Of a DNA stretch of 64,000 bases, positions 9,950 to 18,933 are shown piece after piece. The notes under the pieces are model-generated. The model was not told where the DNA came from. It made no database searches and was given only the letters and a program-made list of their open reading frames with translations. The stretch lies in NCBI GenBank assembly GCA_963717985.1, contig CAVQYC010000005.1:73106-137105 (forward strand). The letters run 5' to 3'. The stretch's first letter is position 1, and each line of letters begins with the position of its first letter. The DNA comes from an uncultured delta proteobacterium (GTDB lineage Bacteria; Desulfobacterota; Syntrophorhabdia; Syntrophorhabdales; WCHB1-27). The position numbers were made by a program, and so were the translations under genes.

Positions 9950-9966
9950 TGCAAGGCGTATGCCTG
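9950..9966 (-). promoter_or_regulatory. sigma-54 (-24/-12) promoter for the FAD oxidoreductase-ferredoxin-TRAP operon
   Basis: Minus strand reads caGGCATacgccTTGCA. GG and GC are separated by exactly 10 nt, as in TGGCAC-N5-TTGCW. It lies about 70 nt upstream of ATG 9882 and just downstream of a bEBP gene. Confidence 0.65.
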
Positions 9967-10035
9967 AGAATGCCGGGCCCAAATCAGCCTCAGAAACGAT
10001 GGAGTTCCGAGCAGAACGGGCCTTTGTTGTCGCTC

Positions 10036-10066
10036 TATATTTCGTGGAATCTGTTATATTTCGTGG
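10036..10066. promoter_or_regulatory. direct repeat TATATTTCGTGG x2 (19-bp period), candidate enhancer (UAS)
   Basis: Exact 12-mers at 10036-10047 and 10055-10066, 70-115 nt upstream of the -24 element and immediately after the regulator stop codon (10073-10075). Confidence 0.45.
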
Positions 10067-10072
10067 CTGCGT

Positions 10073-12208
10073 TCAACGTATGCCGAGCTTGCGCATACGA
10101 GACCGCAGCGTGCTCGGGTGAAGCCCGAGTATGGCCGCGGCGCCTTCTGCCCCTTCCACGCGCCATCGGGACTCGGACAAGACTGCCAGAATATGCTCCC
10201 GCTCCACATCCTCCAGTGTCGCCTTGCTGCCTGCCTCTTTGGATGGCGGGACGGTCAGCTTGTCGGCGAGCCGAAGCGCCGTGCCGGGGCATAAAATGAC
10301 GCTCCGCTCGATAACGCTCTCCAATTCCCTGATGTTCCCCGGCCACGGGTACTCCAGCAGCGCTTTCATGGTGTCCCTCGTCACGGAGGTGATCTTTTTC
10401 CCCAATTTTCTGCTGTACTTCATAATGAAAGCCTCAACCAGGAGCGGAATGTCTTCCCTGCGTTCCCTGAGAGGGGGAATCACGATCGGAAAAACGTTGA
10501 GACGATAAAAGAGGTCCTCCCGGAATCGTCCTTTGCGGACTTCCTCCTCGAGGTTTCTGTTCGTTGTCGCAACAATCCTCACATCGGCCCTGTGGGTGTG
10601 GGAAGAGCCCAGTCGCTGGAACTCGCCATCCTGTATCACCCGGAGCAGCTTGGCCTGAAGGTTCAAGGGAAGCTCCCCGATCTCGTCGAGGCAAAGGGTA
10701 GAGTTATGGGCGATCTCGAAGCGGCCCAACTGCCGGGCGTGCGCCCCCGTAAATGCGCCTTTTTCGTGGCCGAAAAGCTCGCTTTCCATAAGGTCGGCGG
10801 GAAGCGCGGCGCAGTTGACCGTAATGAGCGGCCTGGATTTCCGGGGGCTCATGTTGTGAATGGCAATGGCCAGGAGTTCCTTGCCGGTCCCCGTCTCTCC
10901 GAGCACAAGAACGGTCGCATCCGTCTGGGCAGCCTGGCTCGCCCTGAAAAAGGCCTGTTTGAGCCCCGTGTCGTGCCCGACGATCCTCTCCGCGTAGTGT
11001 TCCACCTTGGTCTCTTTGCGGAGATAGATGTTCTCTGCCTCGAGTTGCTCTTTCAGGCCCGTCAGCTCATCGAGGGCCTCCTGCAGCAGCCCCTCCGCCC
11101 GTTTTCTCGCCAATGCGCTGGCAAAGATATCACCTATCACCTTCATTCGATCCGCCAATTGACGGGGCAAGACTATCTCCCTTCTCATGGTGCTCACCGC
11201 AACGGAGCCGACGATTGCGCCCCCTGCTATCATCGGGACCATCACGGACGATTTAATGCCAAAATTCTGGAGCACCGCCCTGTCGATACCGGCTTCCGGG
11301 GGCAGATCTTCGACTTTTTCAAAGACCACCGATCCTCTTTCCTGGAGTCTTTTGGCTGTCCATGGCAGCGTCTCGGTCTCGAAGTTGTCAGGGGCAGAGA
11401 GTATGCCTTCCTCCGTCCAGGAATGGGTACGGTTCATTCGGGACATATCGGCTGAAAATTGAAAGACCGTGCCTCTGTCGACACCCAGAAATGTAACGAC
11501 ATCCTGGAGTCCTCTCGTTATTTCGGCGTCGACCTCCGAAAGGGGCGGATTGATAAGTTTTGTCGATATGGTGGAGAGGAGCTTCTCGAAGCCGAGGAGT
11601 CTTATATTCTGCTCCTCTGCTCTCATGCGTCCAAACACATTGGCAAGCATCTCGCCCAGCAGCGTTAATTTTGTGACCGTATGGTCGGGCCACGGATGGA
11701 TCTCGTGCTTTGAGAGGAAAATACCGGACCCGAGGACGGCGCCGTGCAGCTTTATGGGTATGATCACGCCAATCCTTATGCCGGCAACCAGGTAATATTC
11801 CCGCTCCCCGGCCGCCTCCTCCGGCAGATCATCGGGTATCCGCTGCACAATAACGGGCGTCCCCCCGCCTGTCGCCTTCGCATACTGCCTGAAACAACCG
11901 CTCAAATCCGTGTCAGGAAATTCAACGCCGGGAACCGTATAGATCGACGTTCTCATCTCCGAACCCGATCCGTCGTCGAAAAAAGCAAGAATACCCGCGT
12001 CCATATTGAGAAACTCAACAATAAGGCGGAGGGCATTTTTCGTCTGGCTCTCACCGGCTGTTGATGGAAAATCGACAAACAGGGACGACAGATGGGTAAG
12101 AAGCGTCTCGAACCGAAGCGGCTCGTTTATTATCTGGCGCGGGCGGGTACGTTCCATGTCATTTGCATCTGAGGTAGAGATGCCCCCTCCGCTTCTGTCC
12201 TTGTCCAT
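10073..12208 (-). CDS. sigma-54-dependent transcriptional activator (GAF-type sensory N-terminus, AAA+, Fis-type HTH)
   Basis: Walker [15 protein letters not shown] loop (EKGAFTGA), and C-terminal [21 protein letters not shown]. Start set at ATG 12208 (SD GAGG); the longest ORF begins with TTG at 12316. Confidence 0.85.
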   Translation of the reverse strand: MDKDRSGGGISTSDANDMERTRPRQIINEPLRFETLLTHLSSLFVDFPSTAGESQTKNALRLIVEFLNMDAGILAFFDDGSGSEMRTSIYTVPGVEFPDTDLSGCFRQYAKATGGGTPVIVQRIPDDLPEEAAGEREYYLVAGIRIGVIIPIKLHGAVLGSGIFLSKHEIHPWPDHTVTKLTLLGEMLANVFGRMRAEEQNIRLLGFEKLLSTISTKLINPPLSEVDAEITRGLQDVVTFLGVDRGTVFQFSADMSRMNRTHSWTEEGILSAPDNFETETLPWTAKRLQERGSVVFEKVEDLPPEAGIDRAVLQNFGIKSSVMVPMIAGGAIVGSVAVSTMRREIVLPRQLADRMKVIGDIFASALARKRAEGLLQEALDELTGLKEQLEAENIYLRKETKVEHYAERIVGHDTGLKQAFFRASQAAQTDATVLVLGETGTGKELLAIAIHNMSPRKSRPLITVNCAALPADLMESELFGHEKGAFTGAHARQLGRFEIAHNSTLCLDEIGELPLNLQAKLLRVIQDGEFQRLGSSHTHRADVRIVATTNRNLEEEVRKGRFREDLFYRLNVFPIVIPPLRERREDIPLLVEAFIMKYSRKLGKKITSVTRDTMKALLEYPWPGNIRELESVIERSVILCPGTALRLADKLTVPPSKEAGSKATLEDVEREHILAVLSESRWRVEGAEGAAAILGLHPSTLRSRMRKLGIR

Positions 12209-12564
12209 TCTTGCGCCTCGTGTTCCGGTGATGCGAAAAGGTTCTCTGTATTGTAGTATGTTTGCCTCATACTGTAAAGGAGGTGAGCTCGAGACCTCGG
12301 GTATTAAGACATGCAAAGGGAAGCGGTTTCTTAGAATTATTCATTTGCCGAAATGTCATCGTAGTATCTCCTCTAAGAAGCAAGAACCGGGGCCGGCGAG
12401 AAGAGGCGACCTCTCGGAGGGTCCTTTTCGGCTGGAGGCGGTTTACCGCCCACCGACTTTGTGCATCCTCCGGATTTGATTAATGCCGAACGTAATCTTG
12501 AAGATTTATATGACGCTGTCGAGCAACGAGTAAGGAAGAAAGGATCAAATAATCATGGCGTGAT

Positions 12565-13044
12565 CTATCGAACATTCCGGCATTGAAGCATGTTCATCCC
12601 TTTCCAGCTCATAACTACCTCGTGATCCTGGTTTATCGCTTCCACAAGGGACCTGACGATGCCACGGTCCGGTCTTGTACGCGATCGGCGAGTCTCCACG
12701 ATGCTTACTCGTAAAGATAGCCTGTCTCCAGGACGCACTGGCCTGAGCCAGCGCAGCTCGTCCACGCCCGGCGAGCCGAGACTTGCCACGTGGGAGAGAT
12801 AGTAGTCCACAATCAGGCGCATGGCGAGGGCCGCCGTGTGCCAGCCGCTGGCGACAAGACCGCCGAACGCGGTCTTCGTCGCCTCCACGGGGTCCGTGTG
12901 GAATACCTGGGGGTCATATCGCCTGGCAAAGCTTATAATCTCCTCCTCCTCGACGACGATGGCGCCGAATTCGTGCACAGAGCCCTCCTCATAGTCCTCG
13001 AAATACCGGTTATCCACGGGCGTCTTGAATTGGGAACGAATCAT
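12565..13044 (-). CDS. MaoC-like (hotdog fold) dehydratase
   Basis: Start at ATG 13044 has a strong SD (AGGAGG). At 159 aa it is the same length as, and clearly paralogous to, 25831-26310 (DNRYFEDY..FARRYDPQ.FH.DP...GGL.ASGWHTAAL.MRL). Confidence 0.8.
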   Translation of the reverse strand: MIRSQFKTPVDNRYFEDYEEGSVHEFGAIVVEEEEIISFARRYDPQVFHTDPVEATKTAFGGLVASGWHTAALAMRLIVDYYLSHVASLGSPGVDELRWLRPVRPGDRLSLRVSIVETRRSRTRPDRGIVRSLVEAINQDHEVVMSWKGMNMLQCRNVR

Positions 13045-13118
13045 GACCCTCCTCTTTTGATCTATATCATCAGCCTTTGCATTCACGTGGCATCAAGGCT
13101 CCGCGCCGGCCGGCGTTC

Positions 13119-13135
13119 AGCGATAATCGTGCCTG
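13119..13135 (-). promoter_or_regulatory. second sigma-54-type promoter, upstream of the MaoC gene
   Basis: Minus strand reads caGGCACGattaTCGCT, with correct GG-N10-GC spacing and one mismatch in the -12 box. It lies about 75 nt upstream of ATG 13044. Confidence 0.5.
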
Positions 13136-13623
13136 AACCACGCGACCGATATCGCTCAGGAACGCGAAGAGTTGCTTAATCATCTCCGTTCCCACCACAT
13201 GCGTCAATCATAGCCACCAGTAATGGTGTATTGCAAGAAAAACATTTCGCCACTCGCTTTCAGGAAGAAAGCCCGCAGGCATGAAATGTTGATAGCCGAT
13301 GAAGATTTCGCTCTCCGCGAGTCCCCCTACGAGGCAAGTGTCCAGCCCGCGCCACAAAAAGTGAAAATTACCGTTTCAAAGGGTATACATGTCCGATGTA
13401 AGCAGACTGGTGGACAACGCCCACCGGATCAGCCTCAAGGGGGAATCGATGAGGGTAAGAAAGGCATCGTTGATACAACAGGAGGAAACGACGTAACGTA
13501 GGAAGAGGCGGCGCGAGAGGTGTGCGCTGAAATAGCGCGGCATTGCTGTCCCCCACGGAACAGTAATCAGCCTCGTCTGCGGAGGTCACGGAGAATATGG
13601 AGAACATTGCATCAGTGAGGCGT

Positions 13624-14743
13624 TAGACTCTTCTCCAGAATTAAGTAACGATTGGAGTCGCCGCAGACGCAACTTTTATGGGATTATCCATGAGATCGCA
13701 GAGGGCATGATCGGCCCTCTCGATCAGGGCAGCTTTGCTCTTGCAGTGGATGTTCGCGAAGTGCTCGGCCTTCATGATGAGCCAAACCCTTTCTATAGGA
13801 TTGAAGTCTGGCGAATAGGGAGGAAGATAAACCGGTTCAAAGAAGTGCCAGTTAAGACTCTTCCGTTTATGCCAGGAAGCATTATCGAGAATGAGAATAT
13901 TCCGTTTCCGGGAAGGGGTGATTGATTGAGCGGCTTCATCGAGGAATGCCTGGAAAACATCCGTATCGCAATGACTTGCCTCAATGGCGAAGAACTCCCC
14001 GGTGCGGGGGCAGACGGTTCCAACGATGTTCAGCCGGATATGATCGCCATTATGGACTACTCGGGGCTTAGATCCTTTCATGGCCCAACCCCGACGCGGT
14101 CTCGGTTCACCGTCAATTCCGGTTTCATCCCCGTACCACAGATCAACGTCGGGATGCTCCGCAAGGCTCCGTAGTTGATCCTTGAACTCCTCTCTCAGCT
14201 TCTCATCCTGTCTGTCCGGCCAGGGCCTCGGCACTTTCAGTACATAGCCCTTCTCGTGGAGAAGACGAAGAACCGTGTTGTAGGAACACTCAACGGAGTA
14301 CTTGGCCGTGATGTGACCATGGAAGGCAGAGGCTGTCCAGAACGTCCTCTGGGCGCGTCCCGGTTCTTCGAACTCTTCGATAATCTCTTCTTTCTTTTCG
14401 CCTGTAATAAGAGGTTTGCGTCCTGTCCGTCTCTTCGCAACAAGACCGTCGACGCCATAGGCATTGAAGGCCCTGATGATCTTCTTTATTGCGCTCTCCG
14501 ACAGAACGAGCACCTTCATCGCCTGTTCCCTGGGAGAGCCGGTGAGAAGCATGATAATAACAAGGCATCGCCGATCGGTTTCCTTGTTGCCGGCCTTCCG
14601 AACTGCCTGAAGATCGGCGAGCGATGCGTTCTCCCCATTGGGAGTGAGATACCGTTGGGCCATGATTCATATGTAACCACATGTCTCTAGGAATGTCTAG
14701 AATTATCAACATCAAACGGTAATTATTTCTGAGAAACGCTCTA
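13624..14743 (-). mobile_element. IS630-family insertion sequence, copy A (1116-bp body flanked by TA/TA)
   Basis: Block is shared with 40530-41649. Imperfect ~25-bp terminal inverted repeats (GACTCTTCTCCAGAATTAAGTAACG vs GAGCGTTTCTCAGAAATAATTACCG). A TA dinucleotide sits on both sides. Confidence 0.9.
13641..14663 (-). CDS. IS630-family DDE transposase
   Basis: 340 aa with an N-terminal HTH region. Acidic triad context WYGDETG ... ILDNASWH ... FNPIERVW. Confidence 0.9.
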   Translation of the reverse strand: MAQRYLTPNGENASLADLQAVRKAGNKETDRRCLVIIMLLTGSPREQAMKVLVLSESAIKKIIRAFNAYGVDGLVAKRRTGRKPLITGEKKEEIIEEFEEPGRAQRTFWTASAFHGHITAKYSVECSYNTVLRLLHEKGYVLKVPRPWPDRQDEKLREEFKDQLRSLAEHPDVDLWYGDETGIDGEPRPRRGWAMKGSKPRVVHNGDHIRLNIVGTVCPRTGEFFAIEASHCDTDVFQAFLDEAAQSITPSRKRNILILDNASWHKRKSLNWHFFEPVYLPPYSPDFNPIERVWLIMKAEHFANIHCKSKAALIERADHALCDLMDNPIKVASAATPIVT

Positions 14744-14748
14744 GCATC

Positions 14749-14783
14749 AAGCCTGCCGGTCTTTGCAGCCGGCAGGCTTTTCT
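14749..14783 (+). terminator. 11-bp perfect stem-loop followed by TTTTCT (orphan intrinsic-terminator-like hairpin)
   Basis: AAGCCTGCCGG-tctttgcag-CCGGCAGGCTT then TTCT. It lies 5 nt to the right of IS copy A. No intact plus-strand gene precedes it. Confidence 0.45.
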
Positions 14784-14833
14784 GCATTCACCATGGCGAC
14801 CTATTTCTTAAAAATCAAATGAGGAGGTAAAAG

Positions 14834-15193
14834 ATGAGAAGAGGATTGTGGGCGGTTGCCCTGTTCTGTTTCGCGTTGATGCTCGCGAGTCAGGCCATGG
14901 CTGCTTCCGGAGGAGGGGCTGAGTGGAGCAAGACGGCATTCGACAATCAACTGGCCATGGCGAAAGAGGTGAACTTCGCCGGTACGGTAGTAAGTCATGA
15001 TCCCATATGTCACTGTGTTGTCGTGAAAACCGCAAGGGGAGAGCTTACTCTTCAGGATGACTATGCGAGGTTTATGCAGGAGTATAATGAGGCAAAGGGC
15101 CTCAAGATCGGCTCGGAAGTGACCGGGGTCTTTAAGACGGTGAACCATATCCATTATCTTATGTCCATTACCTACAAAGGGATGGAACCTTGA
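14834..15193 (+). CDS. small secreted hypothetical protein
   Basis: SD GAGGAGG upstream. Signal peptide MRRGLWAVALFCFALMLASQAMA. 119 aa, followed by a terminator. Confidence 0.65.
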   Translation: MRRGLWAVALFCFALMLASQAMAASGGGAEWSKTAFDNQLAMAKEVNFAGTVVSHDPICHCVVVKTARGELTLQDDYARFMQEYNEAKGLKIGSEVTGVFKTVNHIHYLMSITYKGMEP

Positions 15194-15216
15194 TGGCCTG
15201 GTGAGGCAAATTGATC

Positions 15217-15248
15217 AAAAAAGGGGAGGCGGATGTCTCCCCTTTTTT
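15217..15248 (+). terminator. rho-independent terminator (A-tract, GGGGAG stem, T6)
   Basis: AAAAAAGGGGAG-gcggatgt-CTCCCCTTTTTT, 24 nt after the stop of 14834-15193. Confidence 0.75.
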
Positions 15249-15514
15249 GCGCTCCCTGGCAACTTTGCCATCATACGACCCCTTGCTGATATGCCATAAG
15301 AGTCCGAGCATTGCCACTTATAATGCGCAACTCTGTGAGGAAGTGTGATTTTCACGATTTCAGGAAGGCGTACTGCCGTCGGTGTGACATGGCCAACATG
15401 CGGATTACGGCGCCGCCCGTGGTCTGATTCGGAGATGGGTCCATGGCTGGATGAGAGGGCAAATCCGGTGGCTCCCTGCATGACATTATTCAAGGCCTCT
15501 CGTTGGCTATTCCG

Positions 15515-16198
15515 TCATCCGGACGCGGGGTGCTGCCGCCACTCTTCCAAAACCTCGTCGATCCTGTCCTTGACGATCCCCCTGGCATCCGTACGGTCGA
15601 AGCCGCGCATGAGGAGTTCGTCGTAATCCGTTTTGGCGTGGCGGATATGGGCTATGACGGAGAGTGTGATGGCTTCGGGATCGAACCTCTTCGCCCTGTC
15701 CGACCGGCCCACCCTCCCGCTGTACTTCAGGCACGCGTGCTCCGCGATCCTTGCTTCGAGGGCGGAAGGCATGTGAGGGTAGAGGAGGCGGACCATAGTG
15801 GCATACTCTTTGACATATGCCTTGTCCATCGCTTCCCGCTTTTCGGCTTCGCGGGCCTTTCGGGCCTGTCTGAGATCGGCATCCGCGAGACACTCCGCCT
15901 CCGCCTGCTCGAGGGCCTTCTCCTCCACGAGCAGACCCTGTCTCTCGTATCTCTTGCGTGACCGGGACCACTTGAGAACGGCGGCGGAGAGTCGCGACTT
16001 GCTCTTCGCCCTCCGGGTCAGCGCCGCATCTCCCGAGGGAAGATAGGAAAGGTGGTCGAGGTCGGCGCAGGTGAGGCACAGGGCTCCCTTATCCCGGGAG
16101 AGCGTAATCCAGGCGTGAGATCCGAGGGCATCTCCGCATTCGTCGCACGTGGATTCGCGGCTGGTGATGAACACCTTGATCTCGGTGTCGTCCTTCAT
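15515..16198 (-). CDS. DUF2293-like protein with N-terminal CxxC...CxxC
   Basis: 227 aa. N-terminus has CDECGD...CLTCAD. The C-terminal VIAHIRHAKTDYDELL pattern is what I recall for DUF2293. Confidence 0.55.
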   Translation of the reverse strand: MKDDTEIKVFITSRESTCDECGDALGSHAWITLSRDKGALCLTCADLDHLSYLPSGDAALTRRAKSKSRLSAAVLKWSRSRKRYERQGLLVEEKALEQAEAECLADADLRQARKAREAEKREAMDKAYVKEYATMVRLLYPHMPSALEARIAEHACLKYSGRVGRSDRAKRFDPEAITLSVIAHIRHAKTDYDELLMRGFDRTDARGIVKDRIDEVLEEWRQHPASG

Positions 16199-16317
16199 CG
16201 TGACATTTTCTCATGCTTCGTCCATCGTCCGCAACGGAAGAAAGAGGTTGACTCGGCGTTTTCGGAAAGCGTAGAATCTCACCATACAAAGACAACCGAA
16301 AAGAGGAGACCGAAAAG

Positions 16318-16488
16318 ATGCGAGCCGCGCACGTGACGGTCAAAACCTGGGAGAAACCGTGTTCCCGCTGCGGGAAACCGACGTTCGAGGACCTTCTCGA
16401 CGAGGATGGCCTTTGCGGTTACTGCAGGGAGATAGCCTCCATGAAAAAGACGGGAAGGCGGAAAGGAAAGGTGCCTCGTGAAGGATAG
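16318..16488 (+). CDS. 56-aa zinc-ribbon protein (below the ORF-track length cutoff)
   Basis: SD AAGAGGAG is 8 nt upstream of ATG 16318. Translation MRAAHVTVKTWEKPCSRCGKPTFEDLLDEDGLCGYCREIASMKKTGRRKGKVPREG. Overlaps the next ORF by 11 nt. Confidence 0.45.
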   Translation: MRAAHVTVKTWEKPCSRCGKPTFEDLLDEDGLCGYCREIASMKKTGRRKGKVPREG

Positions 16489-16690
16489 GGATCAAACACG
16501 GCTGGAGATACTGGCTCAGGACATGGGAGTCGCCGGGGTCCTCGAAGCTCTCGCGGAGTACTGCGACCGGTCCGCCGACATGGTCGCCGAGGCGAACGAG
16601 GGAAAAGCCCCTGCCCCCTTAGAAATAGAGCTGCGCGCCTGGTCGAAAAGGATATGGAGTGTCCTGAAAGAGGCGGCGAGGAAGCCCTGA
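16478..16690 (+). CDS. 70-aa hypothetical protein (GTG start), coupled to the zinc-ribbon ORF
   Basis: ORF in the track. Its start overlaps the stop region of 16318-16488. Confidence 0.4.
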   Translation: MKDRDQTRLEILAQDMGVAGVLEALAEYCDRSADMVAEANEGKAPAPLEIELRAWSKRIWSVLKEAARKP

Positions 16691-17126
16691 CGCGAGGGTG
16701 TCGCCCGACATGGCATTCGTAGTGGGGATTTCGGTCCCGTGCGGGAAGTCATGAGCTCCACAAATGGTTGAGCTGAATCGATAGCCTGAAGCGCGGATTA
16801 TCGCAAGAAAGAGCCATATTGTCGACAGCAACGCAATACGGACAGTGATGTCCCTGCCTCCCCTGGAAGGCTGACATCACACAACGGAACCAACGGAACG
16901 TCCCCTCGTCCATCCCGAATTTTATCAATAGAACGATGGTTTTCGTCAGAGGACATTTATGCTTGACCTGAGATCGTGTGCACGATGACGGGGAGCGGGG
17001 TTTGAAACTATAAAAAATATTTATACGCCCATAAGATATTTTGAATTGCCATACTCCCAAAAGTGACGGAGAATGTGGTTGATGCCTTTCATACAACGTG
17101 ATGGGCGCTGGGACCGAGGTGTGGAT

Positions 17127-17273
17127 TCTGAAGTTCAGGATGCAGTACGAGCAGGCCATGGCAAGGACTTCTGCGCCCAGCTCGACGACCTGTTCCACCA
17201 GGATGTCGGAAAATCGCTGTCCCTTCTTGGTCTCCATCCATATCCTTGCACCCCCTCCGCCGCGGCAGAGGCT
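17127..17273 (-). pseudogene. remnant of a CCG-domain Fe-S oxidoreductase (GlcF/HdrB-like C-terminus)
   Basis: SLCRGGGGARIW...GAEVLAMACSYCILNF resembles CCGxGG...GA.vvvtaCp.C..nl, with the second Cys of CCG mutated. No intact flanking coding sequence. Confidence 0.4.
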
Positions 17274-17600
17274 ATTCTCTCCTCCTTCGAGGTGGAGCGG
17301 GCGATCAACAGCCACCCTTCCGTGCTTGAGTCGGCGGCCGTCGCGGTCGGTTCGGAGCTCGCCGAGGATGAGGTGAAGATATGTGTCGTCCTGAAACCAG
17401 GCGCGACAGTTACCCCTGAGGACCTGACCAGGTACGCCGCGGAGCGTATGCCCTACTTCGCGGTGCCGAGGTACATAGAGTTCCTGGACGTCCTGCCGAA
17501 GACGCCCACCGAGCGGGTGCAGAAATACCAGCTCAGACAGGCAGGTATTACCCCGAACACATGGGACAGGGAAAAAGCGGGCATTGAAATCAACAGGTGA
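17255..17600 (+). pseudogene. C-terminal fragment (~110 aa) of an AMP-forming acyl-CoA ligase
   Basis: SSFEVERAINSHPSVLESAAVAVGSELAEDEVKICVVLKPG...YFAVPRYIEFLDVLPKTPTERVQK is an AMP-binding C-terminal domain. The ~400-aa N-terminal domain is absent. Confidence 0.75.
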
Positions 17601-17678
17601 GGGGGTCTCCCTGTTACAGAATGGCGGTTTGGCATTTTGGCAAAGTCACGTATTACCGATCAAAAGGAGGGGGGAAGT

Positions 17679-18770
17679 ATGGAAAGGAGAAGGTTTGTCT
17701 GCTGGTATCATGAGTTAGGCGCGGATGATGCCCCGGCCGTGGGCAAGAAATGCGCGAACCTTGGCGAGATGACAAAGCTGGGATTAGCTGTGCCGCCGGG
17801 ATTTGCCCTTACCCTTGCCCTGTACGAGAAGTTTCTGCAGGACAGCGGCCTTGGGGAAAGACTCGCCCTCTACATCGGGAGCCTTGAGAATATGAAGGGG
17901 GCGGGCATTGACCGTATTCGGCAAGTAAGCGCCGAACTCCGTACCATGATCGAAAATGAAGCGATGCCGGGGTCGGTTGCGGACCTGATATGCAATCACT
18001 ACGATGAATTGTGCGAAAAGGTAGGCATCAGCGATCTTCCCGTCGCGGTGAGATCGGCCGGGGTTGAGAGTCGGCCCGGGATGTTCGAGACCTATCTGAA
18101 TATAGCGGGGAAGAAAGAGGTGACAGCACACGTGCAAAAGGTGTGGGCCAGCTCCTTTACTCCCAGGGCGATTGCCTTCCGCATCGCCAAAGGATTCCCC
18201 ATTGACTGCGACATGCTCGGCGTGGCGGTGATAAAGATGGTAAATGCCACGGCTGCCGGCATCGGCTTTACCATTGACCCCGTACTCGGCGATGACACCA
18301 AAGTCATCATCGAGGCAAATTGGGGATTAGGCGAAGGCGTGGTAAGCGGCGTCGAGAACGTAGATAAGTGGATCGTCGAGAAGGAGACTTTGAACGTCGT
18401 GGAGCGTTCCGTAGGTACGAAGCTTAAGTGTGTCCTCTATCTGGAAAAAGGCGCTGATTGGGCAGAGGTGCCGCCGGCTAAGCAGTGCGAACCTTGCCTC
18501 ACCGATGAGGACATAAAGGCTGTGGCTAAAGTAGCGATGCACCTGGAGCAAAGGTTAGGGAAGCCACAGGATATGGAGTGGGCATTGGATCCTGACTTCC
18601 CTACAGGCAAAAACATATTCTTGCTCCAAACGCGTCCTGCTAAGACCGTGGCAAAGAAGGCGGCTCACGAGCAGAAGAACCTTGCCGATAGGCTGGCCAG
18701 TGACATAAGGTCGACCGTAGATGTATCCAAAACAGCAGAGAAAATAAAGAATATAGCGTTTAAGTTTTAG
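17679..18770 (+). CDS. PEP/pyruvate-binding (ATP-grasp) subunit of a split PEP-utilising dikinase; phenylphosphate synthase beta-like
   Basis: SD AAGGAGG precedes ATG 17679. WYHELGADDAPAVGKKCANLGEMTKLGLAVPPGFALT is the PPDK_N signature. About 363 aa with no phosphohistidine domain. Confidence 0.8.
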   Translation: MERRRFVCWYHELGADDAPAVGKKCANLGEMTKLGLAVPPGFALTLALYEKFLQDSGLGERLALYIGSLENMKGAGIDRIRQVSAELRTMIENEAMPGSVADLICNHYDELCEKVGISDLPVAVRSAGVESRPGMFETYLNIAGKKEVTAHVQKVWASSFTPRAIAFRIAKGFPIDCDMLGVAVIKMVNATAAGIGFTIDPVLGDDTKVIIEANWGLGEGVVSGVENVDKWIVEKETLNVVERSVGTKLKCVLYLEKGADWAEVPPAKQCEPCLTDEDIKAVAKVAMHLEQRLGKPQDMEWALDPDFPTGKNIFLLQTRPAKTVAKKAAHEQKNLADRLASDIRSTVDVSKTAEKIKNIAFKF

Positions 18771-18829
18771 TTTTGAGATGTAACAAGAAGTAAGCCGAGG
18801 TTGCAGTGCAGTGATCCTTATTGCCCCAC

Positions 18830-18856
18830 CCTGAGGCCACATTGCGTGGCCTCAGG
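18830..18856 (+). other. 11-bp perfect intercistronic stem-loop
   Basis: CCTGAGGCCAC-attgc-GTGGCCTCAGG, between the two dikinase subunit genes. Confidence 0.5.
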
Positions 18857-18933
18857 TAAACATGGAGAGGGGAGCAGGGTTGGTTTTTGTTGAGATTCAA
18901 AAAAACTCAGACCTAAAAAAAAAGGGGGGTAAA

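Noticed and set aside
13567-13626. IS630 copy A also appears to sit in a TAG stop codon of a plus-strand frame that is followed by the orphan terminator hairpin at 14749-14783.
   Set aside because: That frame is open for only 19 codons upstream, so there is no gene to terminate. The hairpin is reported as a feature but no disrupted gene is claimed.
15250-15275. TGGCAACTTTGCC, resembling a sigma-54 -24/-12 element.
   Set aside because: The spacing between GG and GC is far too short for the TGGCAC-N5-TTGC geometry.
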